Below are positions 44,013 through 53,200 of a DNA stretch of 64,000 nucleotides, piece after piece; the stretch's first letter is position 1, and the number at the start of each line of letters is the position of its first letter. The stretch covers positions 448,001-512,000 of the forward strand of contig CAVSTP010000004.1 in NCBI GenBank assembly GCA_963730935.1, read 5' to 3'. The notes below the pieces were generated by a model. The model saw only the letters and a program-made list of their open reading frames with translations, was not told the origin of the DNA and searched no databases. Both the position numbers and the translations under genes were made by a program. Source of the stretch: an uncultured Nitrospiraceae bacterium. Lineage in GTDB: Bacteria; Nitrospirota; Nitrospiria; Nitrospirales; Nitrospiraceae.

Positions 44013-44520
44013 GACTCTGAAATTTTGAGCATCCGCACGGATCCACACATCACACTCTTGTGCTTTTCCTAGGTCCTTTTCGACAGACCATTGAGTGACC
44101 TGATTCCAATCGCGCAATATCGGCTGAGCAGGCTTATCGAATCGATGGTGCAGACGTTAGAACGCTTGTGGCTGTGGATATTCATGCATATGTAACATTT
44201 GAACACCGCGTCTACAGCGGTGATACGCGATCCGGTTCCCAAATGTGCAGCAATTGACCTTCTAAATCTTGTCTCTACTATTACTTGGGGTCCTATCGGC
44301 TAAACCCCTATGCCCAAAAATTAGGCAGTTCGCTCCAGAGATGCCTCAAATCCTGCATCCTCAGCAGCAGGATGATCTTTGTGCACAGACTTATCCACAG
44401 AAAATGGGGATCGACAATTCGCATGCCTCGGTCAGCGATCAACGAGGCGTCTCAGCGATTTTTTTGTGGAATCAGTTGTCGAGGTTACCGCAGAAGACAA
44501 CAGGCAGCGTGACAAGAAAA
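44013..44520. promoter_or_regulatory. Non-coding DnaA-box cluster (candidate oriC or DnaA titration locus)
   Basis: Perfect TTATCCACA 44391, TTGTGCACA 44379, TGTGGATAT 44173, weaker GGATCCACA 44039 and TGTGGAATC 44465; CTACTATTACT at 44275; visibly AT-richer than flanking genes. Confidence 0.45.
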
Positions 44521-44522
44521 GA

Positions 44523-44673
44523 GTGGGAGGAGGACGCACCTACCGAGAGTGATAGGTACGGTGGAGACCTTGGGAGGACTTTAGGCTTCCCAGTACAAGC
44601 TGGGCATGCACACCATCCTCGGCGCTCGGTCCCCTGTTGGACCACATTCCCTCTGGGCGTTAACTCCTCCCAC
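44523..44673 (-). ncRNA. ssrS: 6S RNA
   Basis: Ends GTGGGAGGAG/CTCCTCCCAC pair; rod-like fold (GGGACC/GGTCTC, GAGGA/TCCTC, CCCAG/CTGGG); TGGTGTGCATGC...GAAGCCTAAA resembles the E. coli 6S internal stem as I recall it; followed by a T-rich tract. Confidence 0.78.
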
Positions 44674-44681
44674 AGGAAAAC

Positions 44682-44710
44682 ACCATAGGCCTCTCCCGCC
44701 ATAGCGTCAA
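44682..44710 (-). promoter_or_regulatory. Sigma70-type promoter of the 6S RNA
   Basis: TTGACG-N17-TATGGT ending 8 nt upstream of the closing stem. Confidence 0.7.
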
Positions 44711-44849
44711 GAAAACTAATGTATGTTGCGCAGACCGGCATGATGCGACTCGCCTGATCGCACGATACCCCTCGGCAAGCACTGTTCACCATTGCCTCGT
44801 ACCTGCTTTTGTGGTACCAAGACCCACGCTCACATCATTACGAGGTTGA

Positions 44850-46916
44850 ATGTCGAAGAAGCAGACGTCCGCTCTTGTGTCCGCCTCCCGTCCGACAGCT
44901 CCGGAACCAGCCGTCCAAAAGAAACCGCCGCAACAGCAGATCACCGCGGTGGAAATGGGTGCGCGGCAGCGGGAAATTTCCGTTTCGGAATTCTTCACCA
45001 AAAACCGGCATCTGCTCGGCTTCGACAATCCTCGCAAGGCGCTGCTCACCTGCGTCAAAGAAGCAGTTGATAATGCCCTGGATGCCTGTGAAGAGGCCGG
45101 CATCCTGCCGGATGTCAGCGTAAAGTTGGAAGTGGTCTCGAACGGGGAACCGATCGCGCCCAGCCAGGCCAGCAAATTCCGCATCACGGTCACCGATAAT
45201 GGGCCGGGCATCATCCGCCAGCACATTCCCCGCATTTTTGCCAAACTGCTCTACGGCTCAAAGTTCCACCGGATGCGGATGAGCCGCGGTCAACAGGGAA
45301 TCGGAATTTCCGCGGCGGGCATGTATGGCCAGCTGACAACGGGCAAACCGGTCAAGATCATTTCCCGGACGAGCCCGAGAGCTGCCGCGCATTTTTTCGA
45401 AGTCCAGATCGATACCAAGAAAAACGAACCACTGGTGCATGAAAACAAGCAGATCGAGTGGGAGCAGGCGCAAGGGACACAAGTCACGTTGGAGGTCGAA
45501 GGAAAATATCAGAAGGGGCGCGCGTCGGTCGACGAGTGGCTCGAACAAACGACCATTGCGAACGCCCATGTACGGCTCGTGTACCACACGCCGGAAGGCG
45601 AGACAAAGGAATACGCCCGGACGTATCACGAACTGCCACCTTCGCCGCGGGAGATCAAACCGCACCCCTACGGCATCGAATTCGGGATGCTGCTCAAGAT
45701 GCTGCAGGATACGAAAAGTCAAACAGTGTCAGGTTTCCTCGCCGGTGATTTCTGCCGGGTCTCTCCTCTACTGGCGACCGACATCTGCAAGGAAGCCAAG
45801 GTGTCCCCTCACCTCAAGCCTCGCGACCTCAAGGGAACTGCTGCGGAAACGCTGTATAGGACGATTCAGAACACCAAGATTATGGCGCCTCCGACGAATT
45901 GCCTTTCCCCCATCGGCGAAAAGGCGATTCTGTCCGGTCTCTACAAACAGATCAAAGGTGAATTCTACACAGCGGTCAGCCGGCCGCCGGCCGTCTACCG
46001 CGGCAACCCGTTCGTCATCGAAGCAGGATTGGCTTTCGGCAATCGGCCGGGTCAACAGACGAAGCCGGAGCAGCCCGCCGGGCCACGAGCGGAAGGGGAG
46101 GAAAAAGACGTCGACGCGGAACTCGCGAGGGTCATCCGGTATGCGAACCGCGTACCCCTCCTGTATCAGCAATCGGCCTGCGCAACGTTCAAAGCCGCGT
46201 TGAACACGACCTGGAAAAATTACGGCGTGCCGCAATCGCGCGGGGCCTTGCCCGCAGGACCGATGGTGATTTTTGTCCATATGGCGTCCGTCTGGGTGCC
46301 CTTCACCAGCGAATCGAAGGAAGCCATTGCCGATTACGACGAGATTCAAAAGGAAATCACCCTCGCCCTCCGCGAATGCGGCAGGCGCCTCGGATTGTTC
46401 CTCCGACGCCGGGAACGGGCGGCCAGCGAGTACCGGCGGCGCAACATTTTCGAATTGTACATCGAGGAAGTCGTCGAAGCCTGCAACCGGCTCAAGGGGG
46501 GGAAGCTCGTTAAAGAGAAGGTCAAAATGCAGCTCCAGAAGATCGCGAACTCACGCACCGGCGGCAGTAAAACCGATGACGCGCTGGGCAAGACGGGCGG
46601 TGGTCCGGAAGGGTTGCCCCATTCCATTATCGTCACCGACGAAGGCATCGAAGGCGAAGTGACAGCGCCCTCTCAGGTCGAAGCGGCAGACGAGACGGCC
46701 GGTCCAGGAGAAAGCGATCTCCTTGGCGCACCCGCAGCTCCCGCGCCCAAGTCACGGAAATCTGCCCACAAGAGGACGAGATCTCACCAGAGTCATACGA
46801 CTGGGCCACGCCGCAAGAGCGATCAGATGGCCTTGTTCGACAAGCGTGCCGACGCCACATCCAAAAGGAAGGGGGTGGACCGCTCAAAACCGAAGACGGC
46901 CCATCGCAAGAAATAG
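44850..46916 (+). CDS. top6B: DNA topoisomerase VI subunit B
   Basis: ISVSEFF, GHKL EAVDNALDACEEAGILP, DNGPGI, LLYGSKF, SRGQQGIGIS, PHPYG, RYANRVPLLY, VPFTSESKE. Confidence 0.95.
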   Translation: MSKKQTSALVSASRPTAPEPAVQKKPPQQQITAVEMGARQREISVSEFFTKNRHLLGFDNPRKALLTCVKEAVDNALDACEEAGILPDVSVKLEVVSNGEPIAPSQASKFRITVTDNGPGIIRQHIPRIFAKLLYGSKFHRMRMSRGQQGIGISAAGMYGQLTTGKPVKIISRTSPRAAAHFFEVQIDTKKNEPLVHENKQIEWEQAQGTQVTLEVEGKYQKGRASVDEWLEQTTIANAHVRLVYHTPEGETKEYARTYHELPPSPREIKPHPYGIEFGMLLKMLQDTKSQTVSGFLAGDFCRVSPLLATDICKEAKVSPHLKPRDLKGTAAETLYRTIQNTKIMAPPTNCLSPIGEKAILSGLYKQIKGEFYTAVSRPPAVYRGNPFVIEAGLAFGNRPGQQTKPEQPAGPRAEGEEKDVDAELARVIRYANRVPLLYQQSACATFKAALNTTWKNYGVPQSRGALPAGPMVIFVHMASVWVPFTSESKEAIADYDEIQKEITLALRECGRRLGLFLRRRERAASEYRRRNIFELYIEEVVEACNRLKGGKLVKEKVKMQLQKIANSRTGGSKTDDALGKTGGGPEGLPHSIIVTDEGIEGEVTAPSQVEAADETAGPGESDLLGAPAAPAPKSRKSAHKRTRSHQSHTTGPRRKSDQMALFDKRADATSKRKGVDRSKPKTAHRKK

Positions 46917-46921
46917 CCACG

Positions 46922-48025
46922 ATGCCGACTAAACAGAAAAAAACGAGCGCAGTGGAGAAGAAACTCATCGGGATTGCCGACATTGTCGTGACGGCCGCAG
47001 AACGCTCGAAGGATCCCACTATTGCCATTCCAATTCGCGCCTTGTCGAACGTCTCGTTCAATTCACGCAAGGGCATGATTGAGATGGGTCACAAGAAACA
47101 AGCCCGTTCCTTCTTCAACGTTGGAATGGCAAAGAAATTCATGCAGACCGTGCTGGTGGCGGACGCCCTGTCCGAACTGCAGCGCGCCGATCTCACGACG
47201 TCGCTTCGGGAAATCTACTACCGAACGAAACACACGATTCAGGATTCACACGAAAATACCTTCGACACCCAGGACGAATCGGACCCCGTGATCGAAGACC
47301 TCGAGGTCTCGCTCGCGGCGTTGCGCGAAGAACTGCACGTGCGCGCGGAAAACAGCGGCAGCATCGTCGGGCCGGTCGTCTTCGGCGACGACGGGGACAG
47401 GGTGGACTGTGCGCGCCTGGGCAAAGGGGGTTATTCAGTGCCCTCGATCGTGGAACCGGAGTATCTGGAGATCCGTCGTTGCACCGCCGATTTCTTGCTT
47501 TTGGTCGAAAAAGGCACGCAATGGAATCGCTTGTCGGAAGACAAGTTCTGGCGGCGGTACAACTGCGTGCTGCTGACAGGAAACGGTCAGCCGCCGAGAG
47601 GCGTGAGGCGTCTGGCCCGGCGGCTCCATGAAGAGCATAAACTGCCCGTCTACGTCCTGGTCGATAACGATCCCTGGGGCTACTATATCTATTCGGTGGT
47701 GAAGCAAGGCTCGATCAACCTCGCGTTCGAAAGCCAGCGGATGGCCATTCCGAAAGCCAAGTTCATCGGACTGTCGAGCGCCGATCCCGAGCGATACGAG
47801 CTGCCTAGAAACGTGGGCATCAAACTCAATGAGAAAGACATCGCGCGGGCAAAGGAACTCACGAACTACCAATGGTTTCAGAAGCCGGCATGGCAGGCCG
47901 AGATCAAGCGCATGCTGGCCAGTGGTCTCAAGTATGAACTTGACGCGCTCGCCAATAAGGATTTTCAATACCTCACCAAGAAGTATCTTCCCCGAAAGCT
48001 CAAGGAAAAAGACTGGTTGGATTAA
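46922..48025 (+). CDS. top6A: DNA topoisomerase VI subunit A (Spo11-like)
   Basis: Catalytic Tyr in SLREIYY, QDESDPVIEDLE, TOPRIM VEK and DNDPWG; 5 nt after top6B. Confidence 0.95.
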   Translation: MPTKQKKTSAVEKKLIGIADIVVTAAERSKDPTIAIPIRALSNVSFNSRKGMIEMGHKKQARSFFNVGMAKKFMQTVLVADALSELQRADLTTSLREIYYRTKHTIQDSHENTFDTQDESDPVIEDLEVSLAALREELHVRAENSGSIVGPVVFGDDGDRVDCARLGKGGYSVPSIVEPEYLEIRRCTADFLLLVEKGTQWNRLSEDKFWRRYNCVLLTGNGQPPRGVRRLARRLHEEHKLPVYVLVDNDPWGYYIYSVVKQGSINLAFESQRMAIPKAKFIGLSSADPERYELPRNVGIKLNEKDIARAKELTNYQWFQKPAWQAEIKRMLASGLKYELDALANKDFQYLTKKYLPRKLKEKDWLD

Positions 48026-48078
48026 CGCAGGGGATTCTCCCAGTAGGCAGATCGATCCATGTGGAGCTAGCGTGAGAC

Positions 48079-48399
48079 ATGGATCGAATCACACTACTTG
48101 TGGTGATGTTGGCCTGTCTCTTAACGTCGCCGGCGCTAGCAGCGGACATCGTTCCAGCTCCGGAATCTCCACCGCCGTCGCCGAGCCAGCCGCCCGCCGA
48201 GCAGTCTAAACCGGAGGTGACTCCTAGCCCGCGTGATCCCGGCATGGTGAAACAGCCGGAAACGGTTCCTCACCCTGATTCGGTCGTGACTCCTCCGGTG
48301 ATCGATCCTAAGATGGCCATCAATCCAGAGGCGGCACCCTCTCAACCAGTCGAACCTTCTAAACGCCCGAATCAGGAACAGGCACCCAAGAAACAATGA
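48079..48399 (+). CDS. Secreted Pro-rich hypothetical protein
   Basis: Signal peptide ending ALA; low-complexity Pro-rich body with DPGMVK and IDPKMAI. Confidence 0.65.
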   Translation: MDRITLLVVMLACLLTSPALAADIVPAPESPPPSPSQPPAEQSKPEVTPSPRDPGMVKQPETVPHPDSVVTPPVIDPKMAINPEAAPSQPVEPSKRPNQEQAPKKQ

Positions 48400-48683
48400 T
48401 CGATGAGGGAGCACCCCGTCCATCACGCGACGTCAAGGAGATGATGATCGCGGGGATGCCATGTGCGGTTGTCCTATAGACGATCTGCCGAAGCGCGCTG
48501 GACTGTGAGCGCCACCGTCAAGTGCGGGATCAAAGACAAGGCAGAGGAATAATCGGTCGTCACGCAACCCCTGGACCGCCGAGAGTCGGCAGAGGGGCAC
48601 GCCCTTCAGCGATCGCAGCCACTCGCGAGTCCGCAACTGGAGTTGATCCGCATTCCCCGCAGCATCAGTCAATTGGAGGCCGC

Positions 48684-49250
48684 ATGGCGACAATCGGACA
48701 AGTCATTCCCGAGGGAACATTTCAGGCATTCCACGAACAGGAGATCCGCCCCATCACCTTGGAGAGCTACCGTGGCCGATGGGTGGTTCTCGTGTTTTAT
48801 CCCGGGGACTTTACGTTCATTTGTCCCACAGAGCTGGAAGAGCTTGGCGCCTTGTACGCCGACTTCCGGAAGGTGGGAGCGGAAGTGATCGGCGCCAGCA
48901 CCGATTCGGTCTACGTACACAAAGCCTGGTACGACACGTCCCCGGCGATCAAGAAGCTGGCGTTTCCACTGTTGGCCGACCCAGGAGGACACTTGTCCCA
49001 GAAACTCGGCGTGTATCTCTACCGAGAAGGCGTCGCCTTGCGCGGCAGCTTCATATTCGATCCAGACGGAAAGCTCTGCGCCTACGAAGTCCACGCCAAC
49101 AACATCGGGCGCAATATGGAAGAGCTTCTGCGCAAGCTTCAAGCGGCGGCCTTCGTGCACGAAAATGGAGGAGTCGAAGTGTGCCCCGCCGGATGGAAGC
49201 CGGGCGACCGCACGCTAAGACCGAGCCTCGATTTGGTGGGCAAGCTATGA
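48684..49250 (+). CDS. ahpC: 2-Cys peroxiredoxin AhpC
   Basis: FYPGDFTFICPTE (peroxidatic Cys), EVCPAGW (resolving Cys); SD GGAGG. Confidence 0.93.
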   Translation: MATIGQVIPEGTFQAFHEQEIRPITLESYRGRWVVLVFYPGDFTFICPTELEELGALYADFRKVGAEVIGASTDSVYVHKAWYDTSPAIKKLAFPLLADPGGHLSQKLGVYLYREGVALRGSFIFDPDGKLCAYEVHANNIGRNMEELLRKLQAAAFVHENGGVEVCPAGWKPGDRTLRPSLDLVGKL

Positions 49251-49258
49251 GGTGAGAG

Positions 49259-49540
49259 GTGATCTCACGGCGACACATAGCATGGTCGGTGTTGCCTGCG
49301 TTGTGTCTCATGATTGCCTTAGGCAGCGCCTGTTCGTCTCAATCGGACACTCAGAATTCGCTTAAACAGAACACCGGCGACGCGGGAAGCACCATGCCCC
49401 AGTCGCACCCGCCGTATTATCCCAATACGTCCGGCAACATCGTTGCGCCGCCCGGCAATCCTGCCGGCAATCCGTCCGGTGCACCGCCCATCGTCGGCGG
49501 CACGGCGAACCAACAGGCGGCCTGGCCTGACGGCCGCTAG
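49259..49540 (+). CDS. Small low-complexity lipoprotein
   Basis: 8 nt after ahpC; signal peptide with GSAC lipobox. Confidence 0.55.
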   Translation: MISRRHIAWSVLPALCLMIALGSACSSQSDTQNSLKQNTGDAGSTMPQSHPPYYPNTSGNIVAPPGNPAGNPSGAPPIVGGTANQQAAWPDGR

Positions 49541-49716
49541 GCCGCTAGGTGGATCGCCCATTGTTCGTCGTCGCGCTGGCAACATCCACGCGACGTCCTA
49601 CGCGTTGTCGTGACGTCTGTCGTGATCGCCGCTCCTTGCACCGGCTTTTCCGGCGGTGTTAAGATCCACCTCGCACCGAAGCTTACGTTCTCGTCCGCCG
49701 TCCAACCGGAGATGCG

Positions 49717-49983
49717 ATGCCGAACATCACGTTGCTAATCTCCCCGAGCTGCGGCGCTTGTCCCTCGGCGAAAAGCCTCTGGAAGCAGCTGCGCGTGAAG
49801 TACAGTTTTTCGTATCGTGAAGTCGATATTACGACCCCGGACGGCCAGGAGCTTGCCAATCGCCATGCCGTTCGAGCAGTGCCGGCCACCATCATCGACG
49901 GGCGGCTGACGTTTGTCGGCGTGCCAAGCCGCGAGAGCGCAGAAAAAGCCTTGCAACTGAAAATGCGCCCGCGGGAAGGCTAG
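49717..49983 (+). CDS. Small thioredoxin/glutaredoxin-fold redox protein
   Basis: SPSCGACP CxxC, cis-Pro AVPA, FVGVP; upstream TTGCAC-N18-TAAGAT. Confidence 0.85.
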   Translation: MPNITLLISPSCGACPSAKSLWKQLRVKYSFSYREVDITTPDGQELANRHAVRAVPATIIDGRLTFVGVPSRESAEKALQLKMRPREG

Positions 49984-50005
49984 CGGCCCTTCATTGACGT
50001 GATGT

Positions 50006-50161
50006 ATGGATGAAGACGATAACGAGCTTCCGATTCTCCCGCGAATCGACAAAGGACCGCCTCCCGACTGTCCGATCTGCGGCGATCCCATGTCCTTTAT
50101 CGACGGCGACTGGGCCTGTGTCGATTGCAACGGCGAACTGCTGGGACCGGAAACGGGCTGA
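50006..50161 (+). CDS. 51-aa acidic CPxCG-type zinc-ribbon protein (not in ORF track)
   Basis: MDEDDNELPILPRIDKGPPPDCPICGDPMSFIDGDWACVDCNGELLGPETG with two CxxC knuckles. Confidence 0.7.
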   Translation: MDEDDNELPILPRIDKGPPPDCPICGDPMSFIDGDWACVDCNGELLGPETG

Positions 50162-50253
50162 AGCGAGGCCCGCGAACGATAAGAGATGTGTTCGCCCTGC
50201 ATGAACAGGTTCCACGAATTCCACACTCCGCACTCCACATTCCTCATTTCTAG

Positions 50254-53200
50254 ATGCTGAAGGTTGTCACCGGCCGGTTCCATCCTTCCCTCGAATCCGC
50301 GCTCGTCGAACAGATCCGGCGCCTGAAAGCAGCCGACCCCTGGGCAAAGGTTGCGATTCTGGCTCCTTCCAAGCCGATCCTCGACCGACTCCGGCGGGTG
50401 CTGGCCATCGACCACGGGTTGTCGCTGCTGAATCTTCACCTCTTTACCTTTCACCAACTCGCCCTGCGGGTGGCCGATGAATTACGCAGCCGCTCCGGAC
50501 ATCCTCCGCTCCGTGTCGTCGATGGATTGTTCTTCGAGCACCTGGTGCGCCACCTCGTCGAACAACGGCTCGCCGAATCGCCGGCTCTCGGGCAATTGGG
50601 ACATTCGTTCGGAACCTGGGCCGCGCTCTGGGCGACGATCCGGGATCTCAAGGACGGAGGAGTCGATGCCGCTACAGCGCTGCAGGCACTTGGGGAAGGA
50701 TGCTTTGGTGGAGAGGATCAGGAATGGCTCCGCACGCTGTTTTCCCTTCAGGCGGCCGTCGAACAAGTCAGTGCTGACCTCGCCGTGGGCACGGCCGACG
50801 ATCTAGCCGACGCGCTCGTGGCCTCTGTAGCGGCGTCACAGTTTCTCGCCTCCATGCACCAGGTCTGCTACTACGGCTTCTATGATCTGACGCAGGTGCA
50901 GCTCTCGCTGTTTCAGGCCGTGAGCGCGAGCGTTTCCACGACGCTGTTCTTTCCCTTAGACAACCATCCATCGTTCGCGTTCGCCAGGCGCTTCTTCGAC
51001 CGCCACGTTCAGCCATTTCTGGGAGCAGATCCTCCCATACACCTCAATACGGTCGGGACAGGAACCCCGCCGCCGGAACTGTCGGTGCAGAGCGTCATCG
51101 GTCCCGAGGAGGAGTTGTCTGCCACCTGTCGGACCATTCTCGATCTGGTTGAGACACACGGATACCGCTTTGACGAGATCGGCGTGGTCGCACGCACACT
51201 GGCCCCTTACTGCACCCTCGTGCAATCGGTGTTCAACCGTCATCGCATCCCGGTGACCACGACGGCACGACGGCCGCTCATCCACCACCCGCTGTGCAAG
51301 ACCGTCCTGCTGTTGGCGGCGCTGCCCGTGAATGATTTCTATCGCACCGCCGTGCTCGACCTCGTGACCTCACCCTTCTTTGCCAAACCCGTGCTTGGTC
51401 GCAGCGGCTATTCAACAGCCTATCGGCCCGAGCAGTGGAAAGCGATCGTCGAGGCCTTGAACATCACGCATGGGCTCGATGAATGGAAGCGGTTAGAGCG
51501 TGCCTCTCAGTCCGCCCTTGAACTGGACGGTGACGGCGATGAGATAGGAGCGCTCGGCCCATTGGAGGTGACGCCGGAAGTAATCGCCGTACTGTGGAGC
51601 ACCGTGTCTCGACTTCTGACCTCTTGCTCAGCGCTACCTGCCCAAGGCCCGTACGGTACGTTGCTCGAAGCCTTTCAGTTCCTGTTGCAGGAACAGCTTC
51701 GGCGGGCGGATGACGGGCGAGATGGACTCGACAACGAGCCCGGTGGTTTGTCCGCAGTGTGGGAGGCTATCGATCAGACAGTGCGCAGGCTCGGCGAACT
51801 CACCGCCATCCGCCGTGAGCTCACGTGGGCTGATTTTTCCGACTTGCTGACCCATGCATTCGAGCGCGCAAGCGTTCCGCTGGAACAGGCGTCTACCCAG
51901 AGCGTCATATTCAGCGACGCGATGGCGGCACGAGGGCTCTCGTTTAGAGCGTTGTTCGTGCTCGGTCTCAACGAGAAAGTGTTTCCCCGGTACATTCGTG
52001 AAGATCCGTTTCTTCGTGATCGGCACCGTCTCGTGCTGGAAACGACGCTCGGATACAAGGTCGACGAAAAGCTCTCGGGTTACGACGAAGAGGCCTTGCT
52101 ATTCAGATTGCTCACCCAGGCGGCTGGACGGCGGTTGTATCTCTCGTTCCAGCGTGCCGACGATGCCGGACGGATGTTGGCGCCCTCACCCTATGTCGGC
52201 GAGGCGCGGCAGTCGGATGGAATGCCTCCGCCGCCCATGGACATGGTCCCGCGCCGTCTCACGGAGCGGCTCGCCCAGCGGCCAGTGATGAGCCGGTTTC
52301 TCCCGCCGGCAGAGCTCGCGCAGTGGATGGCAGTCAACGGCAAAGATGCTGCCGGTCTTCTCGAAGCCACAGGAGGTGACGCCGTCACGTTTCGCGAAGG
52401 CACCGAGGCGCTGGCCCGCACCGAGACCGACCAACAGGCCCTGACGGCCTTCGACGGCCTGACGGGCTCTCTGGAGACCCACTGGGTATCGCTCGAGGAG
52501 CGTGGCATCGCCCCAACCCCGCTGGAGCGGTATGCCCGCTGTCCGTTCCGCTATTTCTCCGCCGACGTACTGCGACTCGAACCGGTCCGTGCCCACGGCT
52601 CGGATGAACCGGACGTGCGTGTGCTCGGCACCTTTTGTCATAGCGCCTTGCGACGGTGCTATGAATTGCTGCTGCCCACCGGATGGCCGGAAAAACCCGT
52701 GACCGACGATACGATCGATTGGTGCATTGAGAGCGCCATCGAGGAGGCGGCCGCCGATGTCGAACGGGACCATCGAACGGGCCATTATCTCCTCTGGGAA
52801 CTCGCAAAGACCTCGATTCTTGATGTGATGACAGCCGCTGTCGATGACGATACACGCGCCTATCGCGACGCCCCCTTCGCGCCGGTCGCGTTCGAGGTCC
52901 TGGCGGAGGGTGCCATCACCGATGTCCCAGGCTGCGGATCGACGCCCCTGAAAATCCGGGGACGCGTGGATCGTGTCGACCGCCATCGCGACAGCCGAGC
53001 GCTCCGCATCATCGATTACAAACTGAAGATAGGAAAATCCATCACGTCTGAAGATCGGCACCTTGTTCAATCCGCCGCACGCGGCTATCGGCTGCAACCG
53101 CCTCTGTATGCCCGGCTCCATATTCCCGATCATGGCAACGCGCAACAGGTACAACTCTTCTTTCTTGCCCCCAACTGGGCGACTCCTGTCGTGCGTTCAA

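Noticed and set aside
44523..44673. SRP RNA, RNase P RNA or tmRNA as alternative identities
   Set aside because: No SRP domain IV GGAA-loop motif, too short for RNase P or tmRNA, and no tRNA-like ends
44269..44792. ORFs 44269..44688 (+), 44285..44512 (+) and 44472..44792 (-)
   Set aside because: No SD or motifs; they overlap the 6S RNA and DnaA boxes, which explain the region better
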